NCBI GenBank assembly: GCA_003023665.1
Contig: PXYR01000001.1
Coordinates: forward strand, 1-47,981
From: Bacteroidota bacterium
GTDB lineage: Bacteria; Bacteroidota; Bacteroidia; Flavobacteriales; Schleiferiaceae
Length of the DNA stretch: 47,981 nt
Reading direction: 5' to 3'
Below the pieces are notes generated by a model. It saw nothing but the letters and a program-made list of their open reading frames with translations. It made no database searches and was not told the DNA's origin. Below are positions 26,482-36,152 of the stretch, one piece after another. The translations under genes and the position numbers were made by a program. Within the stretch, counting starts at the first letter, position 1. Each line of letters begins with the position of its first letter.

Positions 26482-27827
26482 TGCCAAGAGTTGCTTTTCA
26501 TACGCTAGGATGTAAGCTCAATTTTGCAGAGACTTCCACAATCGCGCAAGATTTTAGATCAAACGGCTTTGAAGAAGTTTCATTCAAAGATGCTGCGGAC
26601 GTTTATGTCATTAATACCTGCTCAGTAACTGAAAACGCGGATCGCGAGTGCAGGAATATTGTAGGAAGGGCTTTGCGAGCAAATCCAGAAGGCTTTGTAG
26701 TTATTGTGGGATGCTATGCTCAATTGAAGCCCAAACAAATCATGGAAATGCCCGGCGTAGACTTAGTCTTAGGAGCAACTGAAAAATTCAATGTCACCCA
26801 ATTTCTTGGCGCATTAAAAAAGACAGAGGGTAATGCTCTTGTACACAGTTGTGAAATAGCTGAAGCAGACAGTTTTGTTAGTTCATATAGCGCTGGAGAT
26901 AGAACAAGGGCTTTCCTAAAAGTTCAAGATGGATGTGATTACAAATGCACCTATTGTACCATACCGCTAGCAAGAGGTATTTCAAGAAGCGATACTTTAG
27001 AAAATATCATTCAAAAGGCACAAGAAATAGCAGATAAAGGTATTCGCGAAATTGTACTAACGGGAGTAAATGTTGGAGATTATGGTAAAGGTGAATTTGG
27101 TAATAAGCACCATGAAAATACCTTTTTGGATTTAGTCCAAGCCTTAGATCGTCATGTAGATGTGGACCGTATTCGTATTTCGAGTATTGAACCAAACTTG
27201 TTGCGAAATGAAATCATAGAATTTACCCAAAGTAGCAGCAAATTTGTACCGCACTTCCATATCCCCTTGCAAAGTGGAAGCGACGCAATTCTAAAAAAAA
27301 TGAAGCGTAGATATATGAGCAGTCTATATGCGCAACGCGTGGAAACTATTAAATCTATAAATCCAGATGCATGTATTGGTGTGGATGTCATAGTGGGATT
27401 TCCTGGAGAAACCGAGGAACTATTCCTAGAGACCTACAACTTTATTAATGATCTAGACGTAAGTTATTTACATGTTTTTACCTATAGTGAACGTTCAAAT
27501 ACATTAGCTGCAGAAATGGAAGGCGTTGTGCCTATTCAAGAGCGAAAGCGTCGCAATAAAATGATGCGAATTCTCAGCGAGAAAAAGAAGCGTGCGTTTT
27601 ATGAAAATCAGATTGGTAAAAAACGACCTATTCTATTTGAAGATGAAAATAGAGAAGGATTTATGTACGGATATACAGACAATTATTTGAGGGTGAAGAC
27701 CTACTGGAACCCCGAATTAGCACATAAAACTAAAACTTTTTGTCTTTCAGGTATTTGCGATGATGGTTTTGTTATATTAGAAGAACAAAGCCGCACCGCC
27801 AATGCCACTAATTTTTCTAGAATATAA
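26481..27827 (+). CDS. mtaB: tRNA t6A37 methylthiotransferase (MtaB-type radical SAM MTTase)
   Basis: N-terminal UPF0004 Cys triad (TLGCKLN, INTCSVT, GCYAQ), radical-SAM CDYKCTYC and a TRAM-like C-terminus. Confidence 0.88.
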   Translation: MPRVAFHTLGCKLNFAETSTIAQDFRSNGFEEVSFKDAADVYVINTCSVTENADRECRNIVGRALRANPEGFVVIVGCYAQLKPKQIMEMPGVDLVLGATEKFNVTQFLGALKKTEGNALVHSCEIAEADSFVSSYSAGDRTRAFLKVQDGCDYKCTYCTIPLARGISRSDTLENIIQKAQEIADKGIREIVLTGVNVGDYGKGEFGNKHHENTFLDLVQALDRHVDVDRIRISSIEPNLLRNEIIEFTQSSSKFVPHFHIPLQSGSDAILKKMKRRYMSSLYAQRVETIKSINPDACIGVDVIVGFPGETEELFLETYNFINDLDVSYLHVFTYSERSNTLAAEMEGVVPIQERKRRNKMMRILSEKKKRAFYENQIGKKRPILFEDENREGFMYGYTDNYLRVKTYWNPELAHKTKTFCLSGICDDGFVILEEQSRTANATNFSRI

Positions 27828-28080
27828 TCCGCTCTGTAGCGAGCGAGAGTTTTCCAACTTCTGGCAATTTGTCAGCGAAGGTCAATTGAATGATGGAATC
27901 GTCAACGAAGCACGCCTTTTCAAAATTAGAGAAGGCCTCTTTGTAGGGATGGTTGGATTTGAGCCTCAAAACCGAAATCAAGTCATGGAGGTTTACGGTG
28001 CTACCAATGAAGATGGAAGCAATCTCAAGTCGCTCTGCAAGAGCATCAGACTAAAACATACGGCGAAAGAGTTAGCATGA
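27802..28080 (+). CDS. hypothetical 92-aa protein
   Basis: The ORF overlaps the mtaB end by 26 nt, and its stop overlaps the next ATG (ATGA). I recognise no family. It has a faint resemblance to the N-terminal half of a GNAT fold. Confidence 0.4.
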   Translation: MPLIFLEYNPLCSEREFSNFWQFVSEGQLNDGIVNEARLFKIREGLFVGMVGFEPQNRNQVMEVYGATNEDGSNLKSLCKSIRLKHTAKELA

Positions 28081-28874
28081 TTGAACTCAGTGTACTCGCG
28101 CCTCAAGTTGCGGACGTTGCGACACAGGCAGGTGCGTACCTACGAAAAGCTCAAAAGAATTTTGATCGAAACGCAGTAGAATTAAAAAGCTTAAATGCTC
28201 TAGTAAGTCACGCCGATAGATCTGCTGAAAAATTAATAGTTACAAAATTAACTCAACTCCTTCCCGAAGCGGGGTTTCTTACAGAGGAGGGCACGGTCCA
28301 TCAGGATACACAGAAAGAATATTTATGGGTCATTGATCCCTTAGACGGGACAACTAATTTTGTTCATGGTCTCCCTATTTATAGTGTAAGTATAGCCTTA
28401 TTAAAAAATAGAACCCCTGTTTTAGGCATAGTCTATGAGGTAGGTATGAATGAATGTTTTTCCGCCTATAAAGATGGCGGGGCCTTTTTGAACGGGCTAC
28501 CTATTTCCGTGACAAGCACTAAAAATCTTGAGGAATCTTTACTGGCTACCGGGTTTCCATATTATGAATTTTCAAAACTAGAGGGTTTCCAAAATACCCT
28601 TGCCCATTTTTACCAGCATACCAGAGGTGTAAGACGCATTGGAACTGCAGCAGTTGATTTAGCATACACCGCATGCGGCCGTTTTGATGGATATTTTGAA
28701 TACGGATTAAGTCCTTGGGATGTAGCCGCTGGTATAGTCTTAGTCCGCGAAGCAGGAGGTCTAGTGTCTAATTTTGAAAATGAAAAGATCCCTATTGCCT
28801 CAGATAGCATTATTGCTGCGAACAAATCTATTCACCCGCTTGTATATACTACTATAAAGCAACATATACAGTAA
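28077..28874 (+). CDS. suhB: inositol monophosphatase family protein (SuhB-like)
   Basis: EE...WVIDPLDGTTNF, the WDVAAG motif and a length of 265 aa. Confidence 0.88.
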   Translation: MIELSVLAPQVADVATQAGAYLRKAQKNFDRNAVELKSLNALVSHADRSAEKLIVTKLTQLLPEAGFLTEEGTVHQDTQKEYLWVIDPLDGTTNFVHGLPIYSVSIALLKNRTPVLGIVYEVGMNECFSAYKDGGAFLNGLPISVTSTKNLEESLLATGFPYYEFSKLEGFQNTLAHFYQHTRGVRRIGTAAVDLAYTACGRFDGYFEYGLSPWDVAAGIVLVREAGGLVSNFENEKIPIASDSIIAANKSIHPLVYTTIKQHIQ

Positions 28875-29536
28875 TGTCAGAATGTAGAGTTTGGGTACTA
28901 CCAGGAATGGGCGCAGATTCAAGGATTTTTAAGTCATTTAAATTTCCTTGGAACGCTACCTATTTAGAATGGATTGAACCCAAAACAGAGGAATCACTCT
29001 CTGAATACGCAGATCGATTATTGGGAGCCTATCCCATCAAGGAAAATGACTTGATTTTTGGATATAGCTTTGGCGGAATCGTTGCTCAGGATTGGGCTTC
29101 AAGAAATAAGGTCCAACGTGTTGTCTTACTAAACTCCCTGCATTATGAAGCAGATTTAAGACCTGTTTTTAAAAATATAGCGGCCACTGGAATTCTGCGG
29201 TGGGCTCCTCATGGAATGATTCTTTCTTTGATCAAGTTCATGACACGACTCAATACTGAACCATCTAGACAATTAGACTTACTCCTTGAGACTATGGAGC
29301 AATTTGATTGTCAATACTACCGTTGGGTGCTGCGCGCCATATTGCATTGGGAAAGACCTGCACCACTTGCTCCTGTTGACACCATTCTTGGGGAATTAGA
29401 TCCAGTTTTTTCCATTCAAAAGCCGTCTAAAGATCGTTTTTGGATTCTTCAAGGTGCTACCCACTTGAGTTTTACAACGCATAGCTCACAAATTTCAAAT
29501 TTGCTAAAAGAAAAGGTGGACCCAACGCTTGTTTAG
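28874..29536 (+). CDS. alpha/beta-fold hydrolase
   Basis: LPGMGAD at the N-terminus, nucleophile elbow GYSFGG, and a C-terminal GATHLSF His. Confidence 0.6.
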   Translation: MSECRVWVLPGMGADSRIFKSFKFPWNATYLEWIEPKTEESLSEYADRLLGAYPIKENDLIFGYSFGGIVAQDWASRNKVQRVVLLNSLHYEADLRPVFKNIAATGILRWAPHGMILSLIKFMTRLNTEPSRQLDLLLETMEQFDCQYYRWVLRAILHWERPAPLAPVDTILGELDPVFSIQKPSKDRFWILQGATHLSFTTHSSQISNLLKEKVDPTLV

Positions 29537-29560
29537 CCCTTATCCTTTTATTTTTGGGTT

Positions 29561-30115
29561 ATGAAATTTATTCCTACACCCATACCAGATTTATGTATTG
29601 TTCAGCCAAATGTTTTTGGTGATGAACGCGGCTATTTTTTTGAATCATTCAATAAAAGTCATTTTACCAACGCCGGTATTGAGGCAGAATTTATTCAGGA
29701 TAACGAAAGCTTATCTAGTAGAGGTGTGGTAAGAGGACTGCATTTTCAATCACCCCCTACGGCCCAAGGGAAACTCGTAAGGGTACAAAAGGGTCGTGTT
29801 CTTGACATTGCCCTTGACATTCGTAAAGGATCACCTACTTACGGAGAACATTTTAGTATTGAGCTCAATAGTGTCAATAAAACAATGTTGTGGATACCCC
29901 CCGGTTTTGCACATGGATTTGCAACTTTAGAGGATGATACAGTTTTTTTATACAAATGCACAAACACCTACAGCCCTGAGCATGAAGGGAATATATTATG
30001 GAATGACCCAGCATTGGCCATAGATTGGGGGGTACATCATCCAAAACTGAGCAAAAAAGATGAAGAAGGACCTCTATTAAAAGATTTCAATTCGCCTTTT
30101 ACTTATGAAAAATAG
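29561..30115 (+). CDS. rfbC: dTDP-4-dehydrorhamnose 3,5-epimerase
   Basis: FGDERGYFFESF, RGLHFQ, QGKLVRV, PPGFAHGF and YSPEHE motifs. Confidence 0.93.
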   Translation: MKFIPTPIPDLCIVQPNVFGDERGYFFESFNKSHFTNAGIEAEFIQDNESLSSRGVVRGLHFQSPPTAQGKLVRVQKGRVLDIALDIRKGSPTYGEHFSIELNSVNKTMLWIPPGFAHGFATLEDDTVFLYKCTNTYSPEHEGNILWNDPALAIDWGVHHPKLSKKDEEGPLLKDFNSPFTYEK

Positions 30116-30998
30116 TATTCTCAGCATACTCATCGGCGTAGCATGTACTTTGGTTATTCTAAGCATTACTTCAGCATCAAAAGATCAAACGCATCCCGCA
30201 GAAACTCCTCCGAGCACGGTTAAGCCATTTAAACTTCCTCGTTCCATTAGCATTGCTGGAGAAGAAATGCCATTGAGCAGTTTAGATGTTCAGGAAAGAC
30301 TGGACAGAGAGATATTGGTTAATTCCTATTGGCAAAGTAATAATTTATTGATGCTTAAACGGAGTGATAAATGGTTTCCAGTGATTGAACCAATTCTTCA
30401 GGAAGAGAATATCCCAGACGACTTCAAATATTTAGCACTTATAGAAAGTGGATTGCAAGACATTGTTAGTCCTGCCGGTGCTGCTGGCCCATGGCAAATA
30501 ATGAAATCTACGGGTCGCGAAAAAGGATTGCAGATTGATAATGAAGTTGACGAACGCTATCATATGGAGAAAGCAACAAGGGTTGCTTGTTCGTATCTGA
30601 GTGAAGCCTATGAGCGTTTTGATAATTGGACTTTGGCTGCTGCTTCTTATAACATGGGAATGGCTGGTACAGCAAAACGACTAAACGAGCAGCAGGTGAA
30701 CAACTACTATGACCTTAGGCTAAATAATGAAACAGCACGTTACATTTTTAGAATAGCGGCCGTAAAGCATATTCATGAAAATTTGAATGATTACGGCTAT
30801 ATCTACCACAACAGCGAAGGCTACAAATTGCCGGTATTTGATACCGTTTTAGTAGACGGCCCTGTAGAAAATTGGGTTGATTGGGCTCTAGAACAGCGTA
30901 TAACGTACAAGGAGCTTAGATTATATAACCCCTGGATTCGAGCAGACAAGTTGACCAATAGTTCCAATAACACGTACGCCATACTTGTTGCCAAATAA
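30105..30998 (+). CDS. lytic transglycosylase (SLT domain) membrane-anchored protein
   Basis: N-terminal TM/signal anchor. The SLT signature is present: LALIESGL (catalytic Glu), AAGPWQIM, AASYNMG. Confidence 0.8.
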   Translation: MKNSILSILIGVACTLVILSITSASKDQTHPAETPPSTVKPFKLPRSISIAGEEMPLSSLDVQERLDREILVNSYWQSNNLLMLKRSDKWFPVIEPILQEENIPDDFKYLALIESGLQDIVSPAGAAGPWQIMKSTGREKGLQIDNEVDERYHMEKATRVACSYLSEAYERFDNWTLAAASYNMGMAGTAKRLNEQQVNNYYDLRLNNETARYIFRIAAVKHIHENLNDYGYIYHNSEGYKLPVFDTVLVDGPVENWVDWALEQRITYKELRLYNPWIRADKLTNSSNNTYAILVAK

Positions 30999-31000
30999 AC

Positions 31001-33814
31001 ATGAGCGAACACATTGAAGTATACGGCGCTAAGGCGCATAATCTACGTAATGTAGATGTTAAAATACCAAGGAATTCGCTTGTTGTCATAACGGGTCTTA
31101 GCGGTTCTGGTAAAAGCTCTTTGGCGTTCAATACCATTTATGCTGAGGGACAACGCAGATATATGGAAACCTTCTCCTCCTATGCTCGGCAGTTCTTAGG
31201 CACTATGGAGCGACCTGAAGTGGATAAAATAGAAGGGTTGAGTCCCGTGATTTCCATTGAGCAAAAGACAACTTCAAGGAATCCAAGATCAACGGTAGGT
31301 ACCGTAACAGAATTGAGCGACTTCCTTAGACTGCTTTTCGCTCGGGCGTCTACTGCTTTTAGCTACAATTCCGGTGAGCCTATGGTAAGCTACACTGATG
31401 CTCAAATTGTAGAACTCATTGGTGAACGCTTTGTAAACAAAAGAGTTGCCGTATTGGCTCCTGTTGTGCGAGCGCGCAAAGGGCATTACAGAGAACTTTT
31501 TGAACAAATCGTACGTATGGGATTTGTACGGGCGCGGGTCGATGGTAAAATTGTAGAAGTCAGTAGCGGCTTCCGATTAGACCGATACAAAACTCATGAT
31601 ATTGAAATTGTAGTTGATCGTATTCGCGTGGCTGCAACGGCAGAGAAAAGAATCGTTCAAAGCGTTGAAACGGCTATGTCTCATGGAAAAGGAACCATTG
31701 CAATCATAGACTTAGATTCAGAAGAAATTGCATACTTCTCCAGACAACTCATGTGTCCCACAACTGGTATTGCCTATCAAGAACCTGAGCCAAATACTTT
31801 TTCATTTAACAGTCCAAAAGGAGCATGCACAAAATGTGACGGACTAGGGACTGTAAAAGAGGTGAATCTAGAGAAGGTTATTCCAGATCCAAAGAGAACG
31901 ATTCGAAAAGGTGGGTTTGCTCCTGTTGGAGAATACAAGAAAAACTGGATATTCAATCAATTAGAAATTATCGCGGTAAAACACGGTTTTGACTTAGACA
32001 CCGCAATAGAAGATATCCCAAAAAGTGCTTTGGACATTATTCTTAACGGAACCAATGAGGTCATGACCATTGACCATAAAGCTATTGGGGTTACCAAAGA
32101 ATACAAAGTCAATTTTGAAGGTGTGGTCAACTTTATTGATTCACAATATAGAGACACCAAGAGCCGGGCTATTCAGCGTTGGGCAGATGATTTCATGGAT
32201 AATGTAGTTTGTTCCAGTTGTCAAGGTGCACGCTTGAAACGTGAAAGCTTACATTTTAAGATAGCGGGTAGCAGTATTAGTGAGGTAAGCAGCATGAGCC
32301 TGGTTGACTTTACAGCATGGGTGAACAAATTGGAGCACCAGCTTAATCCAAAGGAATGGAAAATTGCAGAAGAAATAGTTAAAGAACTCAAAGCAAGGAC
32401 CAAATTCCTATTAGATGTGGGCTTAGGCTATTTAAACCTTAACAGAAGTGCGCGAAGCCTCAGTGGTGGCGAGGCTCAACGAATTCGCTTGGCTACTCAA
32501 ATTGGATCTCAACTTGTCAACGTATTATACATATTAGATGAACCTTCAATAGGACTACATCAACGCGACAACTCTAGACTAATTGATAGTTTGAAACAAT
32601 TGCGTGATATTGGCAATAGCGTCATTGTTGTTGAACATGATAAGGATATGATTCAAACTGCTGACTTCATATTAGATATTGGTCCTAAAGCCGGTGTTCA
32701 CGGTGGAAATATTGTTGCGCAAGGAGGAATTGCAGAAATACGCAGTGCAAAGAGTATTACAGCGGAATACCTCAACGGTAGCCGCAGTGTTCCAACACCT
32801 TTAAAGAGAAGAACGGCAACGAATCAAATCGTATTGAACGGTGCCTCCGGAAATAATCTTCAAAATGTTTCCGTATCCATTCCTTTAGGGGTTCTTACAT
32901 GTGTCACGGGAGTCAGCGGAAGCGGAAAGAGTACTTTAATTAATGGAACGCTCTACCCTATCCTCAATCACCTAATTTTCCGTGCAGTTGGAAAACCTAT
33001 GCCTTACCAAAGTATAGAGGGGACAGAGCATATTGATAAAATCATTGATATTGATCAAAGTCCTATTGGACGCACACCTCGCTCCAACCCCGCTACGTAT
33101 ACGGGTGTTTGGTCAGAAATTCGTCATTTGTATGCAAACCTTCCTGAAAGTAAAATTCGAGGCTATAAACCGGGTAGGTTTTCTTTCAATGTAAAAGGTG
33201 GCAGATGTGAAACTTGCGAAGGCGGTGGATTAAGAGTGATTGAGATGAACTTTCTTCCAGATGTTTATGTGCACTGCGAAACGTGTCAAGGCAAAAGATT
33301 CAACCGAGAAACCCTTGAGGTTAGGTATAAAGGTAAAAGCATCAGTGATGTTTTAAGCATGAGTATTGAGGACGCTCTTACGTTCTTTGAACATGTTCCT
33401 AAGATTCACTTGAAGTTAAGTACACTAGTGAATGTTGGCTTAGGTTACGTTAGGCTGGGCCAACCTTCTACCACATTAAGTGGCGGAGAAGCTCAACGGG
33501 TAAAATTGGCCTCTGAATTGAGTAAAAGAGATACTGGAAATACCCTATATATTTTAGATGAGCCCACAACAGGTTTGCATTTTGAAGATGTTCGTGTACT
33601 CATGGAGGTTATTCAGCAACTTGTTGATCAAGGTAATACAGTCATTATCATTGAACACAACATGGATGTTATTAAGCAAGCAGACCATATTATAGACTTA
33701 GGGCCAGAAGGCGGATCAGGGGGAGGAAAAATTGTTGCCATTGGAAGTCCTGAAGAGGTCATTACCAACCCACAAAGCATTACAGGGCAATTTCTTGCTT
33801 TGGAATTGAAATAA
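31001..33814 (+). CDS. uvrA: excinuclease ABC subunit A
   Basis: 937 aa with two ABC modules (GLSGSGKSS, GVSGSGKST; LSGGE twice) and zinc modules (CPTTG...CTKCDGLG; CETCEGGG...CETCQGKRF). Confidence 0.97.
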   Translation: MSEHIEVYGAKAHNLRNVDVKIPRNSLVVITGLSGSGKSSLAFNTIYAEGQRRYMETFSSYARQFLGTMERPEVDKIEGLSPVISIEQKTTSRNPRSTVGTVTELSDFLRLLFARASTAFSYNSGEPMVSYTDAQIVELIGERFVNKRVAVLAPVVRARKGHYRELFEQIVRMGFVRARVDGKIVEVSSGFRLDRYKTHDIEIVVDRIRVAATAEKRIVQSVETAMSHGKGTIAIIDLDSEEIAYFSRQLMCPTTGIAYQEPEPNTFSFNSPKGACTKCDGLGTVKEVNLEKVIPDPKRTIRKGGFAPVGEYKKNWIFNQLEIIAVKHGFDLDTAIEDIPKSALDIILNGTNEVMTIDHKAIGVTKEYKVNFEGVVNFIDSQYRDTKSRAIQRWADDFMDNVVCSSCQGARLKRESLHFKIAGSSISEVSSMSLVDFTAWVNKLEHQLNPKEWKIAEEIVKELKARTKFLLDVGLGYLNLNRSARSLSGGEAQRIRLATQIGSQLVNVLYILDEPSIGLHQRDNSRLIDSLKQLRDIGNSVIVVEHDKDMIQTADFILDIGPKAGVHGGNIVAQGGIAEIRSAKSITAEYLNGSRSVPTPLKRRTATNQIVLNGASGNNLQNVSVSIPLGVLTCVTGVSGSGKSTLINGTLYPILNHLIFRAVGKPMPYQSIEGTEHIDKIIDIDQSPIGRTPRSNPATYTGVWSEIRHLYANLPESKIRGYKPGRFSFNVKGGRCETCEGGGLRVIEMNFLPDVYVHCETCQGKRFNRETLEVRYKGKSISDVLSMSIEDALTFFEHVPKIHLKLSTLVNVGLGYVRLGQPSTTLSGGEAQRVKLASELSKRDTGNTLYILDEPTTGLHFEDVRVLMEVIQQLVDQGNTVIIIEHNMDVIKQADHIIDLGPEGGSGGGKIVAIGSPEEVITNPQSITGQFLALELK

Positions 33815-33870
33815 ATAGGTATTCTTTTCGTGTATATAATTGTACCTTATTGGTTAATTAACCTATTACT

Positions 33871-34557
33871 ATGAATAACCTAAAAAGAAAGACCTGGACT
33901 GATATCAAATCAAATGACAGCTGGGCACTATTTAAAATCATGTCCGAATTTGTTGAAGGCTACGAGAGTCTCGGAAGAATTGGACCCTGTGTAAGCATCT
34001 TTGGATCGGCTAGAACGAATTCTACTGAACCCGAATATCTTCAGGCAGCTACCGATATTGCCGAACAACTCACAAAAAAAGGATATGGAATCATCACTGG
34101 TGGTGGTCCAGGAATCATGGAAGCTGCAAATAAAGGTGCCCAGAAAGGTGCAGGCCCAAGTGTAGGATTGAATATTGATTTACCTTTTGAACAGAACAGT
34201 AACCCTTATATAGATCACGATAAAAATCTAAACTTCGATTATTTCTTTGCTCGTAAGGTGATGTTCGTAAAATACAGTCAGGCATTCGTAGTAATGCCAG
34301 GAGGTTTTGGAACCTTAGATGAATTGTTTGAGGCCGTTACTTTGGTTCAAACAAAAAAAATAAGCCAATTCCCTATTGTCTTATATGGTGCTTCATTTTG
34401 GGAAGGCCTTAAAGATTGGATCAATAATACACTAAAGGCCACAGGAAAAATTAGTCCAGACGACACGGATCTGATTCGCATTGCAGATACCAAAGAAGAT
34501 GTCGTTAATATTATTGAGGAATTCTACAAAACAAAAGGATACTCTACCAACTTTTAA
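33871..34557 (+). CDS. LOG family / TIGR00730 Rossmann-fold nucleotide-binding protein
   Basis: The GGGPGIMEA and PGGFGTLDE motifs are diagnostic of the LOG/lysine-decarboxylase-like family. Confidence 0.88.
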   Translation: MNNLKRKTWTDIKSNDSWALFKIMSEFVEGYESLGRIGPCVSIFGSARTNSTEPEYLQAATDIAEQLTKKGYGIITGGGPGIMEAANKGAQKGAGPSVGLNIDLPFEQNSNPYIDHDKNLNFDYFFARKVMFVKYSQAFVVMPGGFGTLDELFEAVTLVQTKKISQFPIVLYGASFWEGLKDWINNTLKATGKISPDDTDLIRIADTKEDVVNIIEEFYKTKGYSTNF

Positions 34558-36149
34558 TGCTGTAGTGAGAGAGGAAATACTTTATGTAAGTCTTCACTAC
34601 TCACCTTCAAGAGATATTGTCCCGAAGAAAATTGACCAGAGATTTGTAAGTTTTCTTCGCGGATAATTCCTTTTTCCAATATACGTCCGGTCACATCTGT
34701 CAACACATAAGTTCCGGAGGTGATGCCAGATAATTGAACTCTTCCTTTAGAGGGATTAGGAAAAATATTGATTGCGGTACTTTGGCTGTTATCAAAACCA
34801 ATATTATTGACATTGAGTAGAGCCACTCGCACGGTGTCAAAGGTTCCGGGAATCCAATTGTATTCAAATTCCGCATTGACAAAACCACTTAAAGTTACGG
34901 ACAAAGAATCTTTGCCTTTGTTTGGCGTGCCCAAATCAGCCAATCCATCAATACTGCTCAATTCTTGAAGGCCTGCATCTTTCATGTTGATTAATGCATT
35001 ACTCAAAGGCGCTCCTGTAATGCTATCTATGACTTGTACATGCACTCTAGAAGCATTCACATAGGTTGGATTCAAAACATATAAACCTTCTTCTATGTCT
35101 GAGCAAATAATCTTTTGCGATTCGAAGTATGGGTAAGCACCCCAGTTACCATTAAATCCATTTCCAGAAAAATTAGGAGATGTATCATAGAATCCAACCT
35201 CCACAAGTAATTCTGGATACTTGGCATCAACAATCTGCACACCAGAGGTATAATAGGAAGTTACTACCCAATCCCCATAAACATGAGCATTATGGGGAAT
35301 GACCATAGTTCCAGGTAACGATTGAATACGATCTAATTCAGTCATGTTGGAAAGATCACTCACGTCATATGCCGTCAAGAATGCTCCGCCTACCTCATCT
35401 GTTGTAAATAACGTGCTGTTATCATCGCTTATCCAAGTATTATGTGTAAACGTATTTGGTGTTGATTTAGAGGCCATTAATTGGGTTGAATCTTTGTTTG
35501 ATACGTCGACTACCACATAAAGCCCATTATTGATAGCAGATCCCCAAAGCGTATCTCCTCTTACCATTCCGTCGTGCAGATAATAGGTATCCCAATTTCC
35601 CACATAGGTTGGATTCCATGGATCGCTTTTAATATCAAAAATCAGTGCTCCACCATTACCAATATTCGCACCGAACAGATAGCAATAACCTTTTTCGTCT
35701 ATGTATAAATTATGCACGGTTTTTAAGGTGTCGTAATTACCTAAAGAATCTTGGATTGGAAAGTTAACCGCTTTGAACCTTGGATTTGATTCATTCACAC
35801 TGTCCATGTCTATGATTAGTAATCCCTGATTTGGCACTGTATTCCAAGCAAAAGGGGAATCATGGGTTACAAATGCATAATGACTCCAAGTCTTCAAATC
35901 TCGCCATGTGCTGAACGGCCCTTGTATGAATTGCTTTTTTACAGGTTGTGAGGAAGATATATCTACGATACTCACTCCTGCTATGGTGCCCACCAAAGCA
36001 TATTCAGTTCCAACTGAATCAGTATAGCCCCATATATCATTATTGTCATATAAATAACTCTCTCTACCAAGTAGAGAAATGTTAAAGCTAGATTGAGCTT
36101 GAACTAGACCTCCTATGGTCAGGGTGAGTAGGAGGAATATCTTTTTCAT
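34554..36149 (-). CDS. secreted beta-propeller-like (LVIVD/choice-of-anchor-B-like) protein with T9SS C-terminal domain
   Basis: Signal peptide MKKIFLLLTLTIGGLVQAQ. Repeated hydrophobic-D motifs are present (VSIVDIS, LLIIDMD, ALIFDIK, LYVVVDVS, VQIVDAK). The C-terminus INIFPNPSKGRVQL...GQYLLKV is a T9SS CTD. Confidence 0.65.
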   Translation of the reverse strand: MKKIFLLLTLTIGGLVQAQSSFNISLLGRESYLYDNNDIWGYTDSVGTEYALVGTIAGVSIVDISSSQPVKKQFIQGPFSTWRDLKTWSHYAFVTHDSPFAWNTVPNQGLLIIDMDSVNESNPRFKAVNFPIQDSLGNYDTLKTVHNLYIDEKGYCYLFGANIGNGGALIFDIKSDPWNPTYVGNWDTYYLHDGMVRGDTLWGSAINNGLYVVVDVSNKDSTQLMASKSTPNTFTHNTWISDDNSTLFTTDEVGGAFLTAYDVSDLSNMTELDRIQSLPGTMVIPHNAHVYGDWVVTSYYTSGVQIVDAKYPELLVEVGFYDTSPNFSGNGFNGNWGAYPYFESQKIICSDIEEGLYVLNPTYVNASRVHVQVIDSITGAPLSNALINMKDAGLQELSSIDGLADLGTPNKGKDSLSVTLSGFVNAEFEYNWIPGTFDTVRVALLNVNNIGFDNSQSTAINIFPNPSKGRVQLSGITSGTYVLTDVTGRILEKGIIREENLQISGQFSSGQYLLKVSSEDLHKVFPLSLQH

Positions 36150-36152
36150 GAA

